Part shown: in pieces, positions 30,862 to 41,567 of the stretch
Numbering within the stretch: the first letter of the stretch is position 1
How the letters are laid out: every line of letters starts with the position of its first letter
Source of the DNA: Candidatus Poribacteria bacterium
Lineage (GTDB): Bacteria > Poribacteria > WGA-4E > WGA-3G
Assembly (NCBI GenBank): GCA_965215265.1
Contig: OZ244048.1
Location: forward strand, 3,424,001 to 3,488,000
DNA: 64,000 nt
Direction of reading: 5' to 3'
Made by a program: the position numbers and the translations under genes
Notes under the pieces: model-generated
Database searches by the model: none
What the model was told of the DNA's origin: nothing
The model's input: the letters and a program-made list of their open reading frames with translations, nothing else

Positions 30862-31947
30862 CTACGTGTCGGTGTGGTTGTCAGCTGCCTCCAGCTGCCG
30901 GACGAGTTCTGCACGCACCTCTGGAGATAAATTCTGAATCTCCGCCGGGCGAAGTCCGGCTAACCGTTCATCGGGAGTGAGTCCTTTGACGCGCTCATCG
31001 GGGCTCAGGCGTGCTAACATATCGGCCCGTTCTGCGGCGGGTAGACTCGCCAACATATCGGCCCGTTCTGCGGCGGGTAGACTCGCCAACATATCCGCAC
31101 GTTCTGCCGCAGATAGCCTTGCTAACATGTCCGCACGGGCTTCAGCGGGCAGCCGTGCGAGCAGATCCGCCCGGTCTTGAGGACTCAAGCGGGCGAGCAT
31201 GTCCGCACGCTCCTCCGATGTCAGTGCCGACAGCAGCTTCGGACCTAAAGTCGTCGCAACTTCGCGAAGACGACTCTGAAAGAAATCTTGACGTCCTTCC
31301 ATTTCACAAACCTCCTCCGTGACTTCCGGCTGCAAATACAACGCGGAGTCAAAATATAACGTATTCTCTTCCGTTATCACCCGCCGCAGGAACGCACGAA
31401 ACTGTTTCTGCGACGACGCAAACAGCAGCAACCAATAATTCGGTTCAACCAGTGCCACTTCATTGCAAACCAACAGATGCACCGGCACGCCATCCATCAA
31501 CCGATAATGCCCTGCCGCCAATGGCTCCCACGGCTCCCCAAAAGGCGGACGGGAGAGCAGCACCCGCGGCTTCCGAGACGACACTATCGTCAAGGTAACC
31601 TCCGTGTCTGGCACCTTATGCGCTGCGAGATAACCACGCGCACGCATACAAATCCGGTGATACGCCGAGGCATTCAACGGGTCGTTCTGCCCTTTGAACT
31701 CGAACAGATTATACGTGCGTAAGTAAGAGAGCAGCGGATTCGCACGCACTCTCGCCCGGGCTGCGGCACTTTCGAGGAGAGCGAGTGCATCTATACGCTG
31801 CGGCAACCGGTTGACTTCTATCTCTGTCTGGATAGAGGCACCCAGCCCAGAGAATAGCAGGGCGAGGAACTCTTTGAAGAAAGGGTCCCAGAGTTTCCGT
31901 TTGCTTTGTGTTTCTTTAGATGTCTCTGGTGCCGTAGTTTGCCTCAT
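30862..31947 (-). CDS. PD-(D/E)XK nuclease-like (Rpn-like) protein with 13-aa C-terminal repeats
   Basis: RLPQRIDAL...NLFEFKG; CNEVALVEPNYWLLLFASS shared with 1938-2792; repeated ERADMLAxL units. Confidence 0.72.
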   Translation of the reverse strand: MRQTTAPETSKETQSKRKLWDPFFKEFLALLFSGLGASIQTEIEVNRLPQRIDALALLESAAARARVRANPLLSYLRTYNLFEFKGQNDPLNASAYHRICMRARGYLAAHKVPDTEVTLTIVSSRKPRVLLSRPPFGEPWEPLAAGHYRLMDGVPVHLLVCNEVALVEPNYWLLLFASSQKQFRAFLRRVITEENTLYFDSALYLQPEVTEEVCEMEGRQDFFQSRLREVATTLGPKLLSALTSEERADMLARLSPQDRADLLARLPAEARADMLARLSAAERADMLASLPAAERADMLASLPAAERADMLARLSPDERVKGLTPDERLAGLRPAEIQNLSPEVRAELVRQLEAADNHTDT

Positions 31948-31980
31948 CTATCTGCTTAGACGCTCCACTTCTCATAATAA

Positions 31981-32010
31981 AGTATAGCAGCCTCCCTATT
32001 ATTTTGTCAA
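31981..32010 (-). promoter_or_regulatory. Sigma70-type promoter of the nuclease-like gene
   Basis: TTGACA-18 nt-TATACT with TG extension; the -35 hexamer lies in the end of the direct repeat. Confidence 0.6.
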
Positions 32011-32154
32011 GGCCGTCTCCAGATGTCGCTTCTCAAGGCGGCCTCGGTGCTTCTCTGAAAACAAAAAAAACCAGGGGCAGCCATGTGAGGGTGGCTGCCC
32101 CTGGTTTAGGTTAGGTTAGTTTAGTTTAACTTAGATTTCACTGAGTTTATTCTT
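32002..32154. repeat. ~150-bp direct repeat, copy 2 (contains terminator 32063-32107)
   Basis: Aligns with 30641-30788; identical hairpin. Confidence 0.9.
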
Positions 32155-32167
32155 CCGAGTTAAGTTG

Positions 32168-34649
32168 TTATTTTGACAGCGGCGAGATATCCGACACTTG
32201 CGTATCACTGAGATCCAACTTTTTCAAGTTGGTGAGGTTTGACAGAGGTGTGATATTCTCTACTGGCGTACCCGAGAGAGACAGCTCTAGCAAGCTGGTG
32301 AGGCTTGACAGTGCCGAGATATCCGACACTGGCGTACCCGAGAGAGACAGCTCTAGCAAACTCGTGAGGCTTGACAGTGCCGAGATATTCTCTACTGGCG
32401 TACCCGAGAGAGACAGCTCTAGCAAGCTGGTGAGGTTTGACAGGGCTGAGATATCCAACACTTCCGTATCACTGAGATCCAACTCTTCCAAGTTGGTGGC
32501 GTATTCAAGTCCAGTCAGATCGCTAATGTCTGAGCCACCTACATCAAGCTCTGTCAAGAGGAGTATATCTCTCTGGAAAACATCCATATCATCGGCGATG
32601 TCGAGTTTCTTCTTGATTCCCGTAAGGAGCGTCTCATCCGGAATGTTCACCACCGGCGAACCCGCAAAACCTACCACTGTCAAGTTGGTGAGGCTTGACA
32701 GTGCTGAGATATCCGACACTGGCGTACCCGTGATATCCAGCGTTTGCAAGTTGGTGAGGCTTGACAGTGCCGAGATATCCGACACTGGCGTATTAGTGAT
32801 ATCCAGCGTTTGCAAGTTGGTGAGGCTTGACAGTGCCGAGATATTCGACACTTGCGTATCACTGATATCCAGCGTTTGCAAGTTGATGAGGCTTGACAGT
32901 GCCGAGATATCCGACACTTGCGTATCACTGATATTCAGCGTTTGCAAGTTGGTGAGTCTTGATAGGGCTGAGATATTCGACACTTGCGTTCCCGTGATAT
33001 TCAGCGTTTGCAAGTTGGTGAGTCTTGATAGGGCTGAGATATTCGACACTTGCGTTCCCGTGATATCCAGCGTTGTCAAGTTGATGAGGCTTGACAGTGC
33101 CGAGATATTCGACACTTGCGTACCCGAGAGATCCAGCGTTTGCAAGTTGGTTGCGTGTTCAAGTCCAGTCAGATCGCTAACGTCTGAGCCACTTAAATCG
33201 AGACTTGTCAAGCCTAGTATATTTGCCGAGGTGACAGCCGTCCCCGCGGCGATGTTGAGTGTCTCCTTGATTTCCGCAAGGAGCGCCGCATCCGGAATGT
33301 TCAAATCGACGACTGTATTTACAGGCACTGTCAGCGTATTCGAGGCCTTGCTCAGGTTGCCCACTATGTCCATTGTGGCATTCTCTGGCACCGTTATTTC
33401 CACATTTCCGTCAAAACCCGACGGCGGCGTGATAGTCGCTCTGTAGACTTTGAAGGCGGAACTATGTTTCACCCTCCCGCTATCATCTACATTCGGACTA
33501 TTAAAACCGGGATCCCGATGGTCTAAGCCGATTAACATCGGGGCTGAAACCTGCCAATCAGCCGCGGTGGAGCCCAGTGTCATCACTGTGCCATCTACCG
33601 TGAGCGTGATGTCCGTCGCCTCGAAGCCTCGCGTGGTATCTGCAATCACACCATCATCGTCACTTCCAACCCCATAATTGTAGAATAGGAATTCCACATT
33701 AAAGGGCGCTGTCTGAGTGTCAGTTTCGGTAACAGCCGCATCGGGTGCTGTCGTTGAAAAATCCACATAGTCGGTGCGGTAACCCGTGCTAACATCATGA
33801 GTCTCAGCCTTGATCAGCCCGGGAATCCTCACATTCGCCCGGATAGTATCTATGAGATACTTAAGACCGTCATGAATAGAAGGCTCCTGCAGCGGAGGCA
33901 TCCGGCCATAAAAGACCCGCGAAAGCTTCTGTGTGTAGTCTGCATTACCCGTAGTTTTCCACTTATGATCATCGGGGGTGGTATTGACGGGGTTCGCGAC
34001 GTCCTCGCCATTATCTATGATGAAATTATTTGCATCGTCAACATAGGGATTGCTACTATGAACTATAACAACGCCATCGCCGAAAACGTCATCGCCGTCT
34101 TGCACCTCGTATTTGAAATATACGACTTTATTAGAGGCTCGCGCAGCGGTCCTTGCTGAATCATAGACGGCACGTAGTGTAGTGCCACCGGGGTCATCCT
34201 CACCGTCCATCCGTAGCTCCAGGGCCGGCAGATCGGACGTTCCATCGTTCTCGACTTTGACATCTATACTAAATGTTAACTCAAAAACGATTTCATCTGT
34301 ACTACTGAAAAATTTAACCGCTTGGCCCGTGGTGGGGTTGGAGTACCCCGGGGCAGTAAGAATGTTTGATGTATGGTTTGCTACTAGATCCGTCCTAAAA
34401 TTTCCACCCTGCTCCCAATTTGCAATTAAATATGCCCTGCTGTACGCATAGAGCGAATCGCCTGTATGTGTACCTTCACTCACTATCTCAACCTTCTCTA
34501 ACGTCGGTTTCGCTGCCTGCACGGTAGCCATCGGTGCGGCTAACATCGCAACCCCGGCTATCGAAATTACAGATGAGATAAATCTGACACTCAACACGGA
34601 AATAAAATACTTAACATATAGAAGGGGGGGGGTGCATTCTTCTCTTCAT
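32168..34649 (-). CDS. Secreted internalin-type LRR protein; the 5' end is out of frame at a C9 tract
   Basis: 22-aa repeats LQTLDIxxTxVSDISALSSLTN in two blocks, each after an NIPD cap. AAGGAG-led ATG 34649 is in frame with ORF 32168-34597 only if C9 (34632-34624) is C8 or C11. Confidence 0.85.
32175..33150. repeat. 66-bp tandem repeats encoding LRRs (two blocks)
   Basis: Recurring GAGGCTTGACAGTGCCGAGATAT with 66-nt period. Confidence 0.9.
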
Positions 34650-34920
34650 CTTATCTAACTCCTTGTTATTCTTTATCCCGTTACGGAATAAACTTGACTT
34701 GACTTTATAGTTCGGACTAAGTTTCCGAACAGACTACGTTTTCAACACTTTTTGCCAATTCGTAAGACGTGCACACAGGTGTTCAAGAAAAGGAAATCGT
34801 GTTTGTGAGGCACTTCCCAAAAAATGCAGTGCATTCACAAACTCTCAACGGGCACGTCAGCTCATTCTTTCACTTTTAAAGAACACTTTTGCTCTCTTCG
34901 CAAAAGGTTATTTGATTTAA

Positions 34921-34949
34921 AGTATACCTCAAGAAGAAGTGTTTGTCAA
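34921..34949 (-). promoter_or_regulatory. Sigma70-type promoter of the LRR gene
   Basis: TTGACA-17 nt-TATACT, implying a 5' UTR of about 265 nt. Confidence 0.7.
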
Positions 34950-34989
34950 ATTAAAAATATAAGGCAATGCACTCCGTAATGAACATGTT

Positions 34990-36867
34990 TTATCTCCTTT
35001 GGAATCGGCGTTCCAGTTCATCGCGTCCCATTTCAACGATAATCGGGCGCGAATGAGGGCAATTGAACGGGAGTTTCGCCTCAGATAATTCTCTTACGAG
35101 GTGAAGCATCTCCTTAGCATCCAGGGTATCTCCGGCTTTGACTGCGGATTTGCAAGCGAGGGTTATCAATGCTTTATCAATGGCTTCTGGCAGTTCTACG
35201 TTGCTGTGCTGTTCTTCAGGGAGTCCGTCGAGTATATCGGTGACTGCCTGTGCGGCAAGTCGAGTAGGCAGTGTTGACGGAATTGCACGGATGAGAATTG
35301 TATTTCCGCCGAATTCCTCCAGATCGAAACCGAGTTTTTTGAAGATGTCGACGTGCATTTTAAGCCTTGCAAGCTGCTGTGGGTTGCTCTCTAAGGTAAC
35401 CGGCAGCAGCAGCCCCTGTACGGGAATGCCGTTTTCTTTGAGTTGGTTGACGAACCGTTCATAAAGCACGCGTTCTGCGGCAACGTGCTGGTCGATAAAG
35501 AAAATTTTATCCTTTGCTTCAGCAACGATATAGGTTTTAAAGAGGTTAGTTTTGAGTTCAACGGCATCGAAATCGAGTAATTTAAGTGTTGCACCTTCCG
35601 GAATCTGCTGTTGTGGTGGTTGGACGACGGTTGCAGTGGAGGTGAGTTCTGTGCGTGTCTCCTCTGTCGGCTGCGTCTCTACTGTGGTCTTGGAGGTGGT
35701 TTCGCTGGTAGACTCGGGTTCATCGGCTGAAATTTCGGTGTCTGTGGCAGCAGTCGGTGCCGGATGCTTTGGCTGCGGAGTAACTCCTCGTGTAGCGGTA
35801 CGTGAGCCTTGGATATTTCGGATGCTGTTTCCTTTTTCATCAGCCGTTTGAATAGGGGTTTCGATTTTCGGAATATATTTCTGTTTTTGTATAGCGTTTC
35901 GGATTATTCGTACGATTGCGCTGTAAATTGTGCGTTCATTCCGGAAGCGTACCTCAATTTTGGCAGGGTGGACGTTGATATCCACGGTCTCGGGTTCTAA
36001 GGTTAGGAAGAGGAGTGCGACGGCATGTCTATCTTTTGTCACCATGGCGCTGAGTGCCTCTGTAAGCGCGGCCCCGATGATGCGGCTCCGGATCGGCCGT
36101 TGATTGAGGAAGAAGAGTTGATATTCCCGATTAGGCTTCGTGAATTCGGGTTTTCCGAGCAATCCGTACAGTTTCAATTCCGGCAATTCCTCTTTAAATT
36201 CGATAAGATTTTCAGCGAATTCCCTACCGTACAGGAGTCTGACGCGCTCGAGGTAAGAATCACAAGCACGTACATCGAGTATGGTTCTGCCGTTATGTTT
36301 CAGTGAAAGCTGGATATTGGGGTGTGCTAACGCAGTCCACGTGACCTGGTTCGTGATATGGTTCATTTCTGTGGTATCAGTTTTGAGGAATTTGAGGCGT
36401 GCGGGCACGTTGTAAAAGAGATTGTTAACCGACATGTGTGTGCCGGGGGAGCAGCCGCTTTCTTGGACAGAACGGAAGACACCGCCATCAAGGTTAACTT
36501 GGGTGCCCTCTATCGCCTCTGCTGCCCGTGTGAGAAGTTCAAATTGTGAGACAGATGCGATGCTGGCTAACGCTTCGCCGCGAAATCCGAACGTCTGGAT
36601 ATTTTCTAAGTCTTCAATCTGACTGACTTTACTGGTTGCATGCCGTTCTAGGGCAAGCAGTGCATCTTCCCGTGACATGCCGATTCCGTTATCCGAGACA
36701 CGGATGAGCCGTTTTCCGCCGGCGCGAATTTCAACACGGATGCTGGTGCTGCCTGCGTCCACTGCATTTTCAACGAGCTCTTTGACGACGGAAGCGGGAC
36801 GTTCGACGACTTCGCCCGCGGCGATTTTATTGGCAACATCAGCAGAGAGTATTTTGATTTTTGGCAT
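34990..36867 (-). CDS. mutL: DNA mismatch repair protein MutL
   Basis: IAAGEVVERPASVVKELVEN, GFRGEALAS, DQHVAAER endonuclease motif, ACK, CPHSRP. Confidence 0.96.
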   Translation of the reverse strand: MPKIKILSADVANKIAAGEVVERPASVVKELVENAVDAGSTSIRVEIRAGGKRLIRVSDNGIGMSREDALLALERHATSKVSQIEDLENIQTFGFRGEALASIASVSQFELLTRAAEAIEGTQVNLDGGVFRSVQESGCSPGTHMSVNNLFYNVPARLKFLKTDTTEMNHITNQVTWTALAHPNIQLSLKHNGRTILDVRACDSYLERVRLLYGREFAENLIEFKEELPELKLYGLLGKPEFTKPNREYQLFFLNQRPIRSRIIGAALTEALSAMVTKDRHAVALLFLTLEPETVDINVHPAKIEVRFRNERTIYSAIVRIIRNAIQKQKYIPKIETPIQTADEKGNSIRNIQGSRTATRGVTPQPKHPAPTAATDTEISADEPESTSETTSKTTVETQPTEETRTELTSTATVVQPPQQQIPEGATLKLLDFDAVELKTNLFKTYIVAEAKDKIFFIDQHVAAERVLYERFVNQLKENGIPVQGLLLPVTLESNPQQLARLKMHVDIFKKLGFDLEEFGGNTILIRAIPSTLPTRLAAQAVTDILDGLPEEQHSNVELPEAIDKALITLACKSAVKAGDTLDAKEMLHLVRELSEAKLPFNCPHSRPIIVEMGRDELERRFQRR

Positions 36868-36975
36868 CTGTTATTTTGTGCCGTACACTTGCGAAACACG
36901 GCACCTCCTTATGTCCATACCGGCATTATAGATGAATAACACCGGCAATATTCATGCCATCTGAAAATTAGCATG

Positions 36976-39063
36976 CTATTGTCCGTTTTGATAGAGGTAA
37001 CAGTGACATGAATGCGTTTCTGTGAAGTTCGTTACAGTTGGATATTTAGTGTTGCAATGGGGCATGATTTCGGCGCAACGTGGGTGAAAATGGCACCCCG
37101 CCGGGCGATTAATGGGCGATGGTACATCCCCTGCCAATTGAATCTTTTCAACGCCTGTTTCAACATCCATTTTCGGGACAGCCGACAGAAGTGCAGACGT
37201 ATAAGGGTGCTTTGGGGCATCAAAAATCTCTTCGGTTGTTCCTTGTTCCACGATGCGTCCGAGGTACATCACCGCCACCTCATCTGCAAGGTACTCCACA
37301 ACTGAGAGATTATGTGTAATCAGCAGGTAAGTGAGTCCCAATTCGTTTTGCAAGTCCTTGAGCAGGTTTAGAATTTGCGCTTGCACCGATACGTCTAAAG
37401 CACTGGTTGCTTCGTCACAGATTATAAATTCTGGGTTGACGGCGAGACATCTGGCGATGCAGATGCGCTGCCGCTGCCCCCCTGAGAATTCATGCGGATA
37501 GCGTGTTACCATATCCGGCGATAAGCCGACGCGTTGCATTAATTCTGCAACCCGTTCTCGACGTTCTGCAACCGAGTCACCGATGTTATGTGTGTGCATC
37601 CCTTCTTGAATAATGTCACCGACGTTCATGCGTGGATTTAATGAAGAGTACGGGTCTTGGAAGATGATCTGCATCCGTTTCCGGTATGGATGCAGCTGCC
37701 TCCGTGTCATGCTGGCGATGTCGGTACCATCATAGGAAATTTGCCCTTTGACAGGCACGCCTAGCCGCAGAATCGCTTTGCCGAAGGAGGTTTTGCCTGA
37801 GCCTGACTCACCGACGAGTGCCAACGTCTTGCCTCGCGGGATTGTCAAATCAACGCCATCAACGGCATAAACATATCCGGCAGTGCGTTTGAAGATGCCC
37901 TTCAAAATTGGGTAGTGGACGCAGATATTCTTAAGTTGCAGGGCGGGGTCCTCTCTGCTCTTCGCCCGGGTTGAGTCTGCTACTGCGCCGTCTGTCGGGG
38001 CTCCCACTCTTGGACCACGAATTTCTGTGTCCGGTTCGCCGGTGGTAACAGCGAAAGGCGGTGCGGGAGTGTAGAGATGACAAGCGACTTGATGCTGTGC
38101 GTCCGTTGTTGGTGTGCTTTGAGTTGTTAGAGTAGAGGGCTGCAAAATTGGCGGGATGCTCTCGCAACCGTCCATCGCTTTCGGGCAACGTGCAGCGAAT
38201 CGGCAGCCTTCTGCATACTCAGTCGCTTTAGGAACACGTCCGGCTATCGTCTGTAATTCAGTGCCGCGTTTATGGCGTGCAGGTGTGGATTCCAATAATT
38301 TGACGGTATACGGATGCTGTGGGTTGTTGTAGAGCATGTCCCATGTCCCCATTTCAACGATTTGCCCGGCGTACATCACAGCGACCCGGTCTGCCATGTT
38401 TGCGACAACTGCTAAGTCATGGGTAATCAGTAACACTGCCATTTCAAATTCTTGTTGGAGGCGTTGGATAAGTTCTAGAATCTGTGCTTGGATGGTGACA
38501 TCGAGTGCTGTGGTAGGTTCATCAGCGATGAGTAGGCTGGGTTGACAAGAGAGTGCCATCGCAATCATCACCCGCTGTTTCATCCCGCCGGACATTTGAT
38601 GGGGATATTCGTCGTAACGAGCAGCGGGCTCTGGAATTCCGACGCGGTCGAGCATCTCAATTGCGGCATTTTTGGCCGCGCTGCCACGGAGGTTTTGATG
38701 CGCACGAATCGCCTCTGAAATTTGGTCTCCGATGGTGAAAACTGGATTGAGACTGGTCATCGGTTCTTGGAAAATCATCGCGATATCGTTGCCCTGAATT
38801 TTGCGTTTTTCGATGGCGGAGAGCCGCGTAATCTCTTGTCCTTTGTAGTGGATGGCTCCCCCGGCAATAAAGCCTGTCGGCTGTGGGACAAGCTGGATAA
38901 GGGAGAGTGCGGTGACGCTCTTTCCGCAGCCTGACTCACCAACAAGCGCGAAGATTTCATTGTGTCGGAGTTCAAAAGAGATTCCATCCACCGCACGGGC
39001 TAAACCTTCCGGTGTCCGAAAATACGTTCTGAGTTCTTCTACGCGAAGCAGTGTTTCATTCAT
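36976..39063 (-). CDS. Fused oligopeptide/dipeptide ABC transporter ATPase (OppD-OppF type)
   Basis: Two ABC domains ([16 protein letters not shown]), YPHxxSGG, HPYT and GCxFxxRC C-terminal motifs. Confidence 0.92.
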   Translation of the reverse strand: MNETLLRVEELRTYFRTPEGLARAVDGISFELRHNEIFALVGESGCGKSVTALSLIQLVPQPTGFIAGGAIHYKGQEITRLSAIEKRKIQGNDIAMIFQEPMTSLNPVFTIGDQISEAIRAHQNLRGSAAKNAAIEMLDRVGIPEPAARYDEYPHQMSGGMKQRVMIAMALSCQPSLLIADEPTTALDVTIQAQILELIQRLQQEFEMAVLLITHDLAVVANMADRVAVMYAGQIVEMGTWDMLYNNPQHPYTVKLLESTPARHKRGTELQTIAGRVPKATEYAEGCRFAARCPKAMDGCESIPPILQPSTLTTQSTPTTDAQHQVACHLYTPAPPFAVTTGEPDTEIRGPRVGAPTDGAVADSTRAKSREDPALQLKNICVHYPILKGIFKRTAGYVYAVDGVDLTIPRGKTLALVGESGSGKTSFGKAILRLGVPVKGQISYDGTDIASMTRRQLHPYRKRMQIIFQDPYSSLNPRMNVGDIIQEGMHTHNIGDSVAERRERVAELMQRVGLSPDMVTRYPHEFSGGQRQRICIARCLAVNPEFIICDEATSALDVSVQAQILNLLKDLQNELGLTYLLITHNLSVVEYLADEVAVMYLGRIVEQGTTEEIFDAPKHPYTSALLSAVPKMDVETGVEKIQLAGDVPSPINRPAGCHFHPRCAEIMPHCNTKYPTVTNFTETHSCHCYLYQNGQ

Positions 39064-39211
39064 AAAACTACTATAGCATGAAAATCCGTAGAAAGTCAAG
39101 CAAGTTTTGGGAAAGATTTCCAAAAAGACTTGACATGAGCATAGATTTATTGGACAATAAGGATAGGATGCGAGGATATAATCCTAAAAATAAGAGGAGG
39201 CATTGAGACTC

Positions 39212-40219
39212 ATGCGATTTTTGACGGCTGAACAGAGCGTGCAACAACTGCTTAAAACAACTCCACCGCTGCATTTCAAGGGTGCAACCCAGGGCGAGTG
39301 GCGGCAATGGCGGAGAACATTTCGACGCAATCTCGCCAAAGAGCTCGGCAGCAAGCCGGAATCGGTGCCGCTTGAAGTGGAAACGTTGGAAAAAATTAAG
39401 TTTGATGGATATACCCGTGAAAAAATTGTGTTTAACCCGGATCCGTTCTCTTCTATACCGGTGTACGTTTTAATTCCGGATGGCGCGACTGAAGAGAAAC
39501 CTGCACCTGCAGTGCTATGCGCGCACGGGCATGGTGTGGGGAAAGACGGTGCGGTGGGGATAGTGGAGGACTATCAGAAAGAGTACGCTGTTGAATTGGC
39601 GAGACGTGGATTTGTAACGCTTGCCCCGGATTGGCGGTGCTTCGGTGAACGGAAAGATCGCGATGAATGGGCCCGGCGGCCAGGGCGCGATGGCTGTAAC
39701 ATCGCCTACCTTGCACTCGGCTATTTCGGTTATCAATTGCTGCGGCTCAATATATCCGATGGGCAGCGGTGCTTGGACTATCTGCAGTCGCGTCCTGAGG
39801 TCGATGTTCGTCGATTGGGATGCATGGGCTGTTCGTTTGGGGGCACGATGACGACGTACATTGCTGCACTTGACAAGCGGGTTAAAGCGTCTGTTATCGT
39901 CTGTTACCTGAGTACACTGATAGATGCGCTCAATGACCGTGGACGGGGCAATACGTGCGGTTCACAGTTCATGTTCGGGCTGCGAAAGCATGGTGATATT
40001 GCCGATGTGGCGGGGTTAATCGCGCCCCGTGCCTGCATGGTGCAAATCGGTTCAGACGATAACTGTTTCATTGAATCGGATGCACTTTCGGCGTTCGCGC
40101 ATCTCGAAACTATCTACACCGCCTCCGGCGAACCGGAAAATCTGGTTTTGGATCATTTTCAAGGTGAACATGAAATTGATCTGGAGGCAGGCATCGCATT
40201 TCTGATGGAACGACTGTGA
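39212..40219 (+). CDS. Alpha/beta hydrolase (dienelactone hydrolase/acetylxylan esterase-like)
   Basis: VLCAHGHG, GCSFGG nucleophile elbow, GEH; AGGAGG upstream. Confidence 0.8.
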   Translation: MRFLTAEQSVQQLLKTTPPLHFKGATQGEWRQWRRTFRRNLAKELGSKPESVPLEVETLEKIKFDGYTREKIVFNPDPFSSIPVYVLIPDGATEEKPAPAVLCAHGHGVGKDGAVGIVEDYQKEYAVELARRGFVTLAPDWRCFGERKDRDEWARRPGRDGCNIAYLALGYFGYQLLRLNISDGQRCLDYLQSRPEVDVRRLGCMGCSFGGTMTTYIAALDKRVKASVIVCYLSTLIDALNDRGRGNTCGSQFMFGLRKHGDIADVAGLIAPRACMVQIGSDDNCFIESDALSAFAHLETIYTASGEPENLVLDHFQGEHEIDLEAGIAFLMERL

Positions 40220-40239
40220 TTTTGGGGATGCACGCGTGT

Positions 40240-41514
<1,275 letters not shown>

Positions 41515-41567
41515 TTATGTTACCGGGCGGCATTGGAAAACCGCCCGGCTGCCTCTGTGGATGCGAA

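Noticed and set aside
32229-33446. 405-aa plus-strand ORF
   Set aside because: Antisense shadow of the 66-bp LRR repeats; a stop-free repeat unit makes the frame open trivially.
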